Shown piece by piece: positions 50,010 through 59,965 of a stretch of DNA of 64,000 bases (position 1 is the stretch's first letter; each line of letters opens with the position of its first letter). Source of the stretch: Dehalococcoidia bacterium (GTDB lineage Bacteria > Chloroflexota > Dehalococcoidia > GIF9 > AB-539-J10). Below the pieces are notes generated by a model. It was given only the letters and a program-made list of their open reading frames with translations, searched no databases and was not told the DNA's origin. The stretch lies in NCBI GenBank assembly GCA_003552125.1, contig PUON01000154.1, positions 21,965 to 85,964 on the forward strand, given 5' to 3'. The position numbers and the translations under genes were made by a program.

Positions 50010-51474
50010 CCCGCTTCCCCCTTAGTTGAGGAAAAAGTATGACATCGCGTATGGAATCCTGTCCGGTCAGCAGCATCACCAGTCGGTCGATACCGATGCC
50101 CAGCCCGCCGGTCGGAGGCATCCCGTACTCCATCGCCTCGAGGAAATCCTCGTCGGCCACCTGGACCTCTTCATCACCGGACCGGTCGCGAAGCTGCTTC
50201 TCCAAGCGCTGGCGCTGGTCGACAGGGTCGTTCAATTCGGTAAACGCATTTGCGAACTCGAGACCACAGATGAATGCCTCGAAGCGTTCCACCAGATGGT
50301 CGTTGCCTCTTTTCTTTTTGGGAAACGGCGACATCTCGACGGGGTAGTCGACCAGGAAGGTAGGCTGTTCCAGCTTCGGCTCGACGAACGTTGAGATCAG
50401 CTCGTCGATCAATCTGCCCCTGCCCGGCGTGCCCTCAATTCGCACACCCTCCTGCAGCAGGCGCTCGTGCAGGGACTCCGCATCGGGATAATCCTCGAAG
50501 TCCACTCCGCAGGCCTCCCGAATCGCCTCGCGGAGGGAAACCCTGGGCCAGGGTGGTGCGAGCTCCACGATTCGGCCGCGGAACTCCACCCGCGTAGTTC
50601 CGAGAACCTCTCCGGCCACCGATGCGAACATCCGCTCGGTGAGATCCATCATGTCCTCGTAATCGGCATAGGCACAGTAGCACTCCATGAGTGTGAACTC
50701 CGGATTGTGTCGCACCGAGATGCCCTCATTTCTGAAGACCCGACCCAGTTCGTAGACGCGGTCGATACCGCCGACGACGAGCTTCTTAAGCGGAAGCTCG
50801 AGGGCTATGCGAAGGTACAGGTCCTCATCAAGCGTGTGATGGTGTGTTACGAAAGGACGCGCCAGTGCTCCTCCAGCCGTCGATTGCAGCACAGGAGTAT
50901 CCACCTCGAGGTAGCCCTCTCCATCGAGAAACCGCCTGGTCGCACTGATTATCCTGCTGCGCAATGTGAATGTCCGGCGAGACTCTTCGTTGGATATAAG
51001 ATCCAGGTAGCGCTGGCGATAGCGAGTCTCCACGTCAACCAGTCCATGCCATTTCTCGGGCAGCGGGCGAAGCGACTTCGAGAGCAGAGTCAGAGATGCA
51101 ACCTCCACGGTGACCTCTCCCGTCTTCGTGAGGAACAGCTCGCCCTCGACTCCTACGAAATCTCCGATGTCGATGTTGCGGAGAACCCCATAGCACTTAT
51201 CGCCCAGTAGATCCTTGCGGAGGCTGACCTGCAACTTGCCCGAAGCATCTCTGACGTCGAGGAATGCCATCTTCCCCATCTTACGTTTCGCCATGACCCG
51301 ACCCGCGATGGAGATAACGGTGGTGCGCTCTCCCTCTCTCTCTAGCAACTCGCGTGCAGCACGTGTGGAACAGGACGGGCGAAAGATGTGAGGAAAGGGG
51401 TCCACTCCGTCCTCTCGGAGGCATGCGACGGTTCTGAGGCGTTCTTCAGTCACACGATCCAAGCGTGAGCCCAT
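50002..51474 (-). CDS. lysS: Lysyl-tRNA synthetase (class II).
   Basis: OB-fold plus a class II core. Start ATG 51474 after GGGAAGGGAAG; an upstream TTG 51510 is less likely. It overlaps the serS start by 8 nt. Confidence 0.85.
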   Translation of the reverse strand: MGSRLDRVTEERLRTVACLREDGVDPFPHIFRPSCSTRAARELLEREGERTTVISIAGRVMAKRKMGKMAFLDVRDASGKLQVSLRKDLLGDKCYGVLRNIDIGDFVGVEGELFLTKTGEVTVEVASLTLLSKSLRPLPEKWHGLVDVETRYRQRYLDLISNEESRRTFTLRSRIISATRRFLDGEGYLEVDTPVLQSTAGGALARPFVTHHHTLDEDLYLRIALELPLKKLVVGGIDRVYELGRVFRNEGISVRHNPEFTLMECYCAYADYEDMMDLTERMFASVAGEVLGTTRVEFRGRIVELAPPWPRVSLREAIREACGVDFEDYPDAESLHERLLQEGVRIEGTPGRGRLIDELISTFVEPKLEQPTFLVDYPVEMSPFPKKKRGNDHLVERFEAFICGLEFANAFTELNDPVDQRQRLEKQLRDRSGDEEVQVADEDFLEAMEYGMPPTGGLGIGIDRLVMLLTGQDSIRDVILFPQLRGKRDD

Positions 51475-51527
51475 GATCTTCCCTTCCCGGCGCCGGGGGG
51501 CGCCACTCAAATGACGTGGAGGTCCTG

Positions 51528-51782
51528 CTACACAGGATCTTCAGGGCCATCGCTCTCAGCATCGTAGCTTTCGGCGAGCACGGCCCTGGCCTGCTCGTAG
51601 TACGCTTGGGGCACCAGTATCCTTACCTCGCCAAGTCCATCCACGGTCAGGCCATACACGACACCGGCGCTCTCGTAGCTGAGGGCAGTCGGAATGCCAT
51701 GGTCCTCAAGTCGTGCCTGAATAATCTGTGCGGCACCATGCACAGAAGTACACAGGACTACAAGCGCGCTACCATCAGTCAT
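51528..51782 (-). CDS. DUF2007-domain protein.
   Basis: MTDGSALVVLCTSVHGAAQIIQARLEDHGIPT... The start is taken at the internal ATG. Confidence 0.55.
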   Translation of the reverse strand: MTDGSALVVLCTSVHGAAQIIQARLEDHGIPTALSYESAGVVYGLTVDGLGEVRILVPQAYYEQARAVLAESYDAESDGPEDPV

Positions 51783-51906
51783 CGTGCTCTCGAGGTATTC
51801 TAACAGAAAGCGTAGCTGGCGCACACACACGAGGGGTTTGACACGGTTGTCACGGTGTGGTGGACTGTACCTGTAAGTCTTGCACATACCAAGGAGGATT
51901 CACTCG

Positions 51907-52989
51907 ATGACGATCAGAGTTGCTGCAGTTCAGGCATCCCCGGTCCTGCCGATCAACAGAGAAGCAACGGTCGATAAGGCGTGCTCGCTTATACGGGAGG
52001 CCGGCAGCAATGGCGCGCGGCTGGTGGTTCTGCCGGAGACCTTCATCCCGATGTACCCCAACTGGTCTATCGACCTCAGCAACCCGATGGAGTGGCCCAG
52101 GAACCTGCTGGCACTCACGCGTAACTCAATCCAGGTCCCGGGGCCGGAGACCGCCAGGCTCTGCGAAGCTGCGGGATCAGCACAGGCCTGTGTTTGCATC
52201 GGGGTAAACGAGTATCTGCCGCTCTACGAGGGGATGCTGTTTAACTCTCTCGTATTCATCGATGCCGATGGCACGCTGCTTGGAGTGCACCGAAAGCTCA
52301 CACCGTCGAATCGCGAGCGGTGCTTCTGGGCACGTGGCGACGGCACATCGCTTCGCGTCTACGATACAGCCGTCGGCCGTCTGGGAGGACTGATCTGCTA
52401 CGAGCATCTGCAGCCTCTCAACAAGTACTCGCTTATGGCGCAGGGAGAGCAGATCCATTGCACCTGCTGGCCGGGCTGGCCGAACTTCCCCAACGGCAGA
52501 ACGAACAAACACGTCTTCGATGTCCAGACGCGCTCGTACGCAATCGAGGGACAGTGCTTCGTAGTGGCTTCATCAATGTACATTAACCCTGCCGAAGGTG
52601 AGCGCGCCGGGCTCGGCAACGCCAGTTGGACGTTCTTCGGCGGCAGCATGATCGTGGGGCCGGAGGGCGACTATGTAGCGGAGCCGGTGTACGATAAGGA
52701 AGCCATTCTCTACGGCGACATCGATCTCGACCGCATCGTGCTACGCAAAGCAGCCGTCGACCTCACCGGAAAGGATCATCGCTGGGACGTGCTACGCATC
52801 GAAAACAACGCCCGTCCATATGCGCCGTTCACCGGCACCCACGGCAGCCAGATCTCTGCGGAGATGGGGATTAACCTCCCAGAGTGCGCGCAACGAGGCG
52901 GCGATGCCGGCGACCGGTTGCGGGTTGTGGAGGCCGAACTGCAACGGCTGAGAGAGCAGCTTGAAGGCGGTCAGCGTACGTTTTCTTGA
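51907..52989 (+). CDS. Nitrilase / carbon-nitrogen hydrolase family protein (paralog 1).
   Basis: IRVAAVQ...LVVLPE(T)...GLICYE gives the Glu-Lys-Cys triad. AAGGAGGA SD. C-terminal coiled-coil extension. Confidence 0.8.
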   Translation: MTIRVAAVQASPVLPINREATVDKACSLIREAGSNGARLVVLPETFIPMYPNWSIDLSNPMEWPRNLLALTRNSIQVPGPETARLCEAAGSAQACVCIGVNEYLPLYEGMLFNSLVFIDADGTLLGVHRKLTPSNRERCFWARGDGTSLRVYDTAVGRLGGLICYEHLQPLNKYSLMAQGEQIHCTCWPGWPNFPNGRTNKHVFDVQTRSYAIEGQCFVVASSMYINPAEGERAGLGNASWTFFGGSMIVGPEGDYVAEPVYDKEAILYGDIDLDRIVLRKAAVDLTGKDHRWDVLRIENNARPYAPFTGTHGSQISAEMGINLPECAQRGGDAGDRLRVVEAELQRLREQLEGGQRTFS

Positions 52990-53014
52990 CCCCCCCCCCT
53001 CCTTGCTATACAAT
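52986..53014 (+). promoter_or_regulatory. Putative speH promoter containing a C10 homopolymer in its spacer.
   Basis: TTGACC (52986-52991), a 17-nt spacer made of C10 (52990-52999) plus TCCTTGC, then TACAAT (53009-53014). Confidence 0.4.
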
Positions 53015-53090
53015 TCCCTTTCGTGTGCCCAGCAGCGCTGGGCACTCTCTCTTACTTACGACTTCTAATGCTCCAAGGAGGGAAGGTGAT

Positions 53091-53468
53091 TTGTATGCGC
53101 TGGGAAGACATCTTCTTATAGAGCTAAAGGGCTGCAACACAAACCTGCTAGATGATCTCGAGTTCCTCAGCGAGTGCCTCCATTCCGCAGCAGTCCGATG
53201 CGGCGCCACAGTAGTCGGAGATTCGTTCTATCATTTCTCCCCACAGGGCGTGAGCGGCGTGGTGAACATCGCCGAATCGCACCTGTCCATTCACACCTGG
53301 CCTGAGTGTGGCTACGCCGCTGTGGACGTTTTCACGTGCGGAGACAAGGTTGAACCCGAGGAAGCAGCACGGGCGATCATGCAGTCAGTGGAGGCAACGG
53401 ATTGCTCTCTGGTCGAGCTTCGCCGCGGACTGCTCCAGGCGAGCCCGGCGCAGGGCGCACAAGTATGA
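53091..53468 (+). CDS. speH: S-adenosylmethionine decarboxylase proenzyme (SpeH type).
   Basis: MYALGRHLLIELKGCN... AESHLSIHTWPE processing motif. TTG start after AAGGAGGGAAGG. Confidence 0.8.
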   Translation: MYALGRHLLIELKGCNTNLLDDLEFLSECLHSAAVRCGATVVGDSFYHFSPQGVSGVVNIAESHLSIHTWPECGYAAVDVFTCGDKVEPEEAARAIMQSVEATDCSLVELRRGLLQASPAQGAQV

Positions 53469-54388
53469 ACGACAACTTACCTCCCAAACGTACCTGGTTC
53501 TACGATGCTCTGACCCCCGATCTCGGGATAGCGCATCGCGTCGATGACTTTCTGTATTCGGGAAGGAGCGACTACCAGGGTATCGAGATCATCCGGACAC
53601 GCAGTTTCGGCACGTGCCTGGTACTCGACGGCAAGATACAGTCGAGCGAGGCGGACGAGTTCATCTATCATGAGGCGCTCGTCCATCCGGCCATGATCGC
53701 TCACCCCCAGCCACGAAAGGTTCTCATCGCCGGGGGGGGTGAGGGAGCCACACTGCGGGAGATTCTGCGCCACCACTCGGTGGAGCAGGCAACGATGGTA
53801 GACCTGGACGAACAGGTAGTCGCCATCTGCCGCCAGTTCCTGCCTTCCTTCAGCGACGGAGCATTCCAGGACCCTCGAACGGAATTCATCGTCGGCGACG
53901 CGCGACGATTCGTCGAAGACAGCCCGCGTACGTTTGACGTCATAGTGATCGATCTGCCGGACCCCCTCGAAGTTGGCCCGGCACAGTTGCTCTACACCTG
54001 CGAGTTCTACTCTGCTGCAAGGAACCGACTGGCGCCCGGAGGCATCATCAGCGTCCAGACGGAATCCTCACGATGGTACGACCTCGATGCGTTCGTGGCA
54101 ATCGTCCGCACCATCCGCGAGGCTTTCCGATTCGTGGCACCATATCAGGTTCACGTACCCTCCTTCTCGAGCCTCTGGGGCTTCGTAACGGCGTCAGACT
54201 CACTGAGACCGGAGACGTTGTCGGTCGGAGAAGTCGACCGCCGCATCGCTCAGAAGCTGCGGCGCGAACTTCGCTCCTACGATGGGACTTCGCACCGAAG
54301 TATGTTCTCCCTTCCGAAGCACATACGAACCGCTGTCGACAACGCCGAAACGATAATCACCGACAACTCCCCCCTGTCGGTGTACTGA
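53465..54388 (+). CDS. speE: Spermidine synthase (polyamine aminopropyltransferase).
   Basis: ...VLIAGGGEGATLRE...VIVIDLPDP. ATGA overlap with speH. Confidence 0.85.
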   Translation: MNDNLPPKRTWFYDALTPDLGIAHRVDDFLYSGRSDYQGIEIIRTRSFGTCLVLDGKIQSSEADEFIYHEALVHPAMIAHPQPRKVLIAGGGEGATLREILRHHSVEQATMVDLDEQVVAICRQFLPSFSDGAFQDPRTEFIVGDARRFVEDSPRTFDVIVIDLPDPLEVGPAQLLYTCEFYSAARNRLAPGGIISVQTESSRWYDLDAFVAIVRTIREAFRFVAPYQVHVPSFSSLWGFVTASDSLRPETLSVGEVDRRIAQKLRRELRSYDGTSHRSMFSLPKHIRTAVDNAETIITDNSPLSVY

Positions 54389-54424
54389 CGACCTGCTTGT
54401 CGTTTCTCGTGGCTTCCGGCACGA

Positions 54425-54433
54425 TGGTATAAT
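54425..54433 (+). promoter_or_regulatory. Extended -10 promoter for pcrA.
   Basis: TGgTATAAT, 15 nt upstream of the pcrA ATG. Confidence 0.4.
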
Positions 54434-54448
54434 CGGCTGGTATCCATC

Positions 54449-56620
54449 ATGGACATCCTGTCAGCTCTGAATCCGGCTCAGCGCGAGGCCACGCAGACGT
54501 GCAGCGGTCCGCTGCTCATTATCGCCGGACCAGGCAGCGGCAAGACCCGCGTGATCACCAGTCGCATCTCTTATCTTCTGTCATCCTGCGGTGTCGATCC
54601 GAGATCGATACTCGCCGTCACCTTCACAAACAAGGCTGCGCGAGAGATGAAGGAGCGCCTGGAGCGTTCGCTGGAACACTCTGCAGCAGAGCTTACGATC
54701 GGCACGTTTCACGCCGTGTGCTGTCGCATCCTGCGGATCGACGGACAGGCGGTCGGCCTGAGCCGTGGATTCGTGATTTACGACGATGATGATCAGGTGA
54801 ACCTCATCAAGCAGTGTATGACCGACCTGGGGCTTGACCCCAAGCAGTATTCTCCCCGCCTCGTACAATCGGCCATCAGTGCGGCCAAGAGTCGGCTCCT
54901 CTCCGAGCAGCGACACGCAGAGGGAATCGACAGCTACTTCGAGGAGATTGTGCACAGGGTCTACCAGCGATACCAGTCCATATTAGAACACAGCGACGCT
55001 GTCGACTTCGACGACATTCTGCTGAAGACAGTGCGGCTTTTTGAGACGCGTCCCGACATCCTTGAGCGCTACCAGGAGCGCTTCGTCCATGTGCTGGTAG
55101 ATGAGTTTCAGGACACGAACCTTGCGCAGTTCGAGATCGTCAAGATGCTTGCGGCGAAGCACCGCAACCTCTGTGTCGTCGGCGATCCGGACCAGTCGAT
55201 CTACTCCTGGCGTTCTGCAGACCTTCGCAACATTCTCAGCTTCGAGAAGGAATTTCCCGATGCCAAGGTCGTAGTGCTGGAACAAAACTACCGCTCCTCC
55301 AAGACGATCCTCAAAGCGGCGACTCAGGTGATTACGGCAAACGCACTGCGCAAGGAAAAGGTCCTCTGGACCCATAACGAAGAGGGCAAGCCGGTCGTAC
55401 TAACCGAGTGTCTTAACGAAAAGGAAGAGGCTCAGTTCGTAGTTGAAACCATAGAGAAGCTGGTTCGCCGCGAGAAGCTTGGTTACGGCGATTGTGCCGT
55501 TCTGTATCGCATCAATGCACAGTCCCGCACTATTGAGGAGAGCCTCATGCGGTACGGAATTCCCTACAGGCTCATCGGAGGACCCCGCTTCTACCGGCGA
55601 CAGGAGATCAAGGACATCATTGCCTACCTCCGGGTGTTGAATAACCCTCACGACAGCATCAGTCTGTCGCGCATCATCAATACGCCGGGCCGGGGTATCG
55701 GACAGGGAACGCTTTCCAAGCTTCAGGCGTGGGCAACGGAACGCGGCATCTCCCTGTACGACGCATTGTCTCAGATGGTCCAGGAGAAAGATCTCGCAGC
55801 GAGAGCGAGCAACGCGCTCACGAGGTTCATCGACATACTTAACGGGCTGATTAAGAAGAGACACCACGCATCTTTGCCCGACCTGATCGACGAGATCCTA
55901 TTACAGACTTCGTATCGCACCTATCTTCACGAGAACGACGACGGGGAGGATCGCTGGCAGAACGTGATGGAACTGAGGAGTGTGGCCACCGAGTACGCCG
56001 ATCTCGCGCCCGATGAGGCGCTCGCGGCGTTCCTCGAGAAGGTCAGTCTGGTATCCGATGTCGACGAAATGGACTCATCCTCGGACGCCGTAACTCTCAT
56101 CACGCTTCACCAGGCAAAGGGACTCGAGTTCCCCGCAGTTTTCATCGTCGGCATGGAGGACGGTGTCCTGCCACATCGGAAATCGTTCGACGACCCTGCA
56201 GATATGGAGGAGGAGTGCAGACTGTGCTACGTCGGGATCACCAGGGCTCAGCGCTACCTGTTCCTCTCTCGGGCCCACCGGCGAAGCCTGTTCGGCAACG
56301 GCCTCGCCAACCCACCCTCCCGGTACCTCGAGCGCATCAGCCCGGACCTCATCAGCTCCCGTGGACTCTGGGAGGATGAAGAGGTCGGAATGGGCGGCGC
56401 CGTCTATCCGCAGCCGCTGGCCTTCGGCGTATCCGATGATGAGTTCAGGGTAGGCGACTGGGTATTCCATAAGAAGTTTGGCCAGGGCGTCGTCATGGAC
56501 TGTTTTCCAGACCGAAGCGACCTTGTCGTCACGGTCTCATTCGAGGAAACAGGCGTCAAGAGACTGTTGCTGAGCCTCGCGCACCTGGAGAAGGTGGAAC
56601 GATTCGACGGAATGGCCTGA
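54449..56620 (+). CDS. pcrA: ATP-dependent DNA helicase PcrA/UvrD.
   Basis: LNPAQREA...AGPGSGKT. SF1 helicase motifs. C-terminal Tudor-like tail. Confidence 0.9.
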   Translation: MDILSALNPAQREATQTCSGPLLIIAGPGSGKTRVITSRISYLLSSCGVDPRSILAVTFTNKAAREMKERLERSLEHSAAELTIGTFHAVCCRILRIDGQAVGLSRGFVIYDDDDQVNLIKQCMTDLGLDPKQYSPRLVQSAISAAKSRLLSEQRHAEGIDSYFEEIVHRVYQRYQSILEHSDAVDFDDILLKTVRLFETRPDILERYQERFVHVLVDEFQDTNLAQFEIVKMLAAKHRNLCVVGDPDQSIYSWRSADLRNILSFEKEFPDAKVVVLEQNYRSSKTILKAATQVITANALRKEKVLWTHNEEGKPVVLTECLNEKEEAQFVVETIEKLVRREKLGYGDCAVLYRINAQSRTIEESLMRYGIPYRLIGGPRFYRRQEIKDIIAYLRVLNNPHDSISLSRIINTPGRGIGQGTLSKLQAWATERGISLYDALSQMVQEKDLAARASNALTRFIDILNGLIKKRHHASLPDLIDEILLQTSYRTYLHENDDGEDRWQNVMELRSVATEYADLAPDEALAAFLEKVSLVSDVDEMDSSSDAVTLITLHQAKGLEFPAVFIVGMEDGVLPHRKSFDDPADMEEECRLCYVGITRAQRYLFLSRAHRRSLFGNGLANPPSRYLERISPDLISSRGLWEDEEVGMGGAVYPQPLAFGVSDDEFRVGDWVFHKKFGQGVVMDCFPDRSDLVVTVSFEETGVKRLLLSLAHLEKVERFDGMA

Positions 56621-56663
56621 GGGTCGTTGACTTTTTACACGCCACCGTGTAAACTCGCCTCCA

Positions 56664-58349
56664 GTGGAACTCCGTGTGCTTTCTCCCGACGTCGTTTCGC
56701 GCATCGCAGCCGGTGAAGTTGTCGAGCGCCCCGCATCCATCGTCAAGGAACTCGTCGAGAATTCCATCGATGCGGGAGCCGACAGGATCGACATTGAGTG
56801 CAGTGGTGGCGGTGCAGCACTCGTCTGCGTCGCCGATAACGGACAGGGCATACCTGCAGAGCAGGTCGACATGGCGTTCCTTCGCCACGCGACAAGCAAG
56901 ATCGCATCGCTGGATGATCTGGTAAATGTACATTCGCTCGGCTTCAGGGGGGAGGCATTACCAAGCATCGCGGCTGTTGCGGACGTCGAGGTCTCAACCA
57001 GCATCGGAGATGCAGTTCCCGGCACCTACCTCTACATGCGTGGAGGCACCATCCAGCACCACGAAAGCAGACCCCGGGCGAGGGGAACTACGATTGCGGT
57101 ACGGCGGTTGTTCCGGCACTTCCCGGCGCGACTCAAGTTCCTCAAGGCGGAGTCGACCGAGAACGGACATAGTGCGCAGGTGGTGAGCCAGTATGCACTG
57201 GCGTATCCGTCTCTTGCCTTCAGCCTCCTCCTTGAGGACCGGGTGGCACTGCGAAGCACTGGAAATGGAGACCTTCGCGATGTCGTAGCGGGCCTCTTCG
57301 GTGCCGAACTGGCGCGTGCCATGGTCCCGGTTGAGTACGCATCAGAACGGTTGAGCGTTGCCGGGCTTGCAGCCCCTGCTTCTCTTTCCAGGGCCGGACG
57401 GTCACACCAGAGCACGTTCATCAACCACAGATGGGTTCGCAGCCCATTGCTTCAGAGAGCGATCGACGAAGCCTATCGCGGGATGCTGCATGAGGGGAGG
57501 AACCCCATCGCCATTCTGAACCTGGATCTACCCCCGAACCGCGTCGACGTCAACGTGCACCCAAGTAAGGCACAGGTGAAGTTCGCCGATGAACAGGAGG
57601 TCTTCAGGGCCGTCCGCGAGGCGTTGAAGGGGGCTCTGGCGAGGACGAGCGTGGCGACTGACTCGCGGCATATCTCCCTGTCCTCAGGGGGTACCCAGGG
57701 CGCATGGCTCGTTGCCGAGGCTACGCAAGACAGCGCCTACCCGCCCGCTGCAGCAGAACCCACCACCGGCGCCGGATCTCTGCCTCCTTTGCGCGTCCTC
57801 GGACAGATACGTAATACCTACGTCGCTGCTGAGGGACCGGATGGGCTCTACCTCATAGATCAGCATGCAGCACACGAACGGGTAGTCTACGATCGCCTCA
57901 TCGGCAGGCGCACGGGACATGAGATCGAGGTCCAGGGATTGCTTGAGCCAATCGCCATTGAGCTGACACCGGCCGAGGATGCCACCCTCAGCACTATAAT
58001 GGACAGATTGACTGAAGTGGGCTTCGCAATCGAGGCTTTCGGCAGTCGAACCTATCTACTGCGGAGCTTTCCGGCCGTCATAGGAGAGGCGGACGTCGTC
58101 GACATTGTACACGACCTGCTGCGGGAGTTGACGGACGTCAACCAGCGGGGTGTATACGAACGACTCGCCACCTCTATCGCGTGTCATGCCGCGGTTCGAG
58201 CTGGCAAGCACCTCGCGACGGAAGAGATGCGGCACCTGATTCGGCAACTCGAGGCTTCCACGCAGCCGCGCACGTGCCCGCATGGCCGCCCCACTGTGGT
58301 GCGATTCGACGAGGCACAGCTCGAGAAGATGTTCGGTCGGCGCACCTAG
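56664..58349 (+). CDS. mutL: DNA mismatch repair protein MutL.
   Basis: RIAAGEVVERPASIVKELVENSIDAG GHKL ATPase. Endonuclease motif in the C-terminal domain. TTGACT-17-TAAACT upstream suggests a near-leaderless GTG start. Confidence 0.85.
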   Translation: MELRVLSPDVVSRIAAGEVVERPASIVKELVENSIDAGADRIDIECSGGGAALVCVADNGQGIPAEQVDMAFLRHATSKIASLDDLVNVHSLGFRGEALPSIAAVADVEVSTSIGDAVPGTYLYMRGGTIQHHESRPRARGTTIAVRRLFRHFPARLKFLKAESTENGHSAQVVSQYALAYPSLAFSLLLEDRVALRSTGNGDLRDVVAGLFGAELARAMVPVEYASERLSVAGLAAPASLSRAGRSHQSTFINHRWVRSPLLQRAIDEAYRGMLHEGRNPIAILNLDLPPNRVDVNVHPSKAQVKFADEQEVFRAVREALKGALARTSVATDSRHISLSSGGTQGAWLVAEATQDSAYPPAAAEPTTGAGSLPPLRVLGQIRNTYVAAEGPDGLYLIDQHAAHERVVYDRLIGRRTGHEIEVQGLLEPIAIELTPAEDATLSTIMDRLTEVGFAIEAFGSRTYLLRSFPAVIGEADVVDIVHDLLRELTDVNQRGVYERLATSIACHAAVRAGKHLATEEMRHLIRQLEASTQPRTCPHGRPTVVRFDEAQLEKMFGRRT

Positions 58350-59791
58350 CCATTGCGGGCCGCAAGCTCCCGATTCCTCCGCGAGTACCGCTCGAACCTG
58401 ATAGTGGATCTCGCCGCGTGCCGAATCGAGTTGTATACGGGAATACCCGCCCTATAGCATTTCTCACGGGCATGCACCAGCCAGTCATAGTGCTCGGGAA
58501 ACGTCACCATCTGGATCACCACAACCACCGGCTTCCCAAAATCACGGTATCCTCGCACCACATCGTCCACCAACTTGTCCCATATCTCCTCATGAAGCTC
58601 GGGTGGCCGCGCAATGAGTCCCACCGAGAAGTGCACTATTGAGAAGTCGATATCCCTGTACTCGCTGAAGACCTTGAGCACCGGGTAGTAGCCCACCGCC
58701 CATGCTTGCGCCGAGAGATCCATCGGATTGTTGATGATCGTGCCCGCCTCGGAGCCAAGCAGCCCGGCAGTGCGTCTGCGCATCTCCTCCGGGAACCCCG
58801 GGATCTCCAGTCCCTCATTGTTCGCCTCATCGCCAGCAAGCACGGTGGCCCCCCCGCCGAGACCAAGCAGCGCCACTTTCCTCCCCATGGGCTTCTTGAA
58901 GAAGCTGAACGTGACCGCCATATCGATCCACTCTTCGATGGTGTGCACACGAACAGCGTTCACCTGGTGCAGCAGGCCTTCCCACACCTTGTCTGCTCCG
59001 GCGAGGGAGCCGGTATGTGACGCCGCTGCCCGAGCGCCAGACTCGCTGGTGCCGACCTTCAACATGATAACCGGTTTTCGCCGCGCGGCACGCTCAAGTG
59101 CCTTCTTGAAGCGGAACCCGTCCTTCACACCCTCGATATACGCCATGATGATCCTCGTGTCGGGATCATCGGCCATGTACTCCATCAGGTCGGTTTCGTT
59201 CACATCGCTCGCGTTACCGTACGACACCACTTTGCTGAAGCGCACACCACGACGCGCAGCTTCGCGGGCAACATAGATAGCGTTGCCCCCACTCTGGCAG
59301 ATGGCACCGACCGGCCCACTCTCGTTGCAGAGGTCGGCGAGAAACGATATTCCGGATCCGGGACAGTACACACCCATACAGTTAGGGCCGATGACCCGAA
59401 TCCCGTACTGGCGCGCCACTGCGAGCACATCCTTCTCGAGTTGTATACCCTCGGGCTGCCCCAGCTCAGAGAACCCGGACGTAAAGAAGTGAATCGCTTT
59501 CACTCCCTTCGCGGCGCAATCGTTCGTCAACTGCAGTGCACCGGCAGCTGGTATTGAGGATATGACGTAGTCGACCGGACCCGGGATATCCCTAACACTC
59601 GGGTACACAGTGAGCCCCCGCATCTCTCCACCCCTCGGGTTTACCGGGTAGAGTTGCCCTTTGAACCCGCACCTCATCATCGCATCGAGATAACCATTGC
59701 CGCCCAACTGGCTGGGACCTGCTTTCGTAGAGACTCCCACGATTGCAATCGACCGTGGATTGAAGACGGCGTCGAGATTGGATGTGCTCAT
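58346..59791 (-). CDS. ADP-forming (NDP-forming) acyl-CoA synthetase, alpha-type CoA-binding/ligase protein.
   Basis: Succinyl-CoA-synthetase-like CoA-binding and ligase-CoA domains. Confidence 0.75.
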   Translation of the reverse strand: MSTSNLDAVFNPRSIAIVGVSTKAGPSQLGGNGYLDAMMRCGFKGQLYPVNPRGGEMRGLTVYPSVRDIPGPVDYVISSIPAAGALQLTNDCAAKGVKAIHFFTSGFSELGQPEGIQLEKDVLAVARQYGIRVIGPNCMGVYCPGSGISFLADLCNESGPVGAICQSGGNAIYVAREAARRGVRFSKVVSYGNASDVNETDLMEYMADDPDTRIIMAYIEGVKDGFRFKKALERAARRKPVIMLKVGTSESGARAAASHTGSLAGADKVWEGLLHQVNAVRVHTIEEWIDMAVTFSFFKKPMGRKVALLGLGGGATVLAGDEANNEGLEIPGFPEEMRRRTAGLLGSEAGTIINNPMDLSAQAWAVGYYPVLKVFSEYRDIDFSIVHFSVGLIARPPELHEEIWDKLVDDVVRGYRDFGKPVVVVIQMVTFPEHYDWLVHAREKCYRAGIPVYNSIRHAARSTIRFERYSRRNRELAARNG

Positions 59792-59805
59792 CGTGCTCCT
59801 TCCGG

Positions 59806-59838
59806 CATGTAGTATCCTTGCGCGGGAATTCTACTACA
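59806..59838. promoter_or_regulatory. Palindromic candidate operator in the divergent acd/asd intergenic region.
   Basis: ATGTAGTA-N17-TACTACAT perfect 8-bp inverted repeat with a GAATTC centre. Confidence 0.35.
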
Positions 59839-59965
59839 TCTCCTCGTGCGAGGGCCGATGCAAACGCCGACCGAAGAGCATCTGCGCCCCATGCCCGGTC
59901 GCTCACACGCACGACCTCGTATGCTACACTTGAGCGCTCATAGACCGTTTAGAGGAGGCGTCGCG

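Noticed and set aside
50467-51210. 247-aa plus-strand ORF antisense to lysS, and similar frames at 41531..42475, 37318..37953 and 19444..20076
   Set aside because: Antisense open frames of a kind expected at ~60% GC. The sense genes are strongly supported.
51838-51851. TGACAcggtTGTCA mini-palindrome in the DUF2007/nitrilase divergent region
   Set aside because: It has only 5-bp arms and no convincing -10 at the correct spacing, so it is too weak to call as an operator or promoter.
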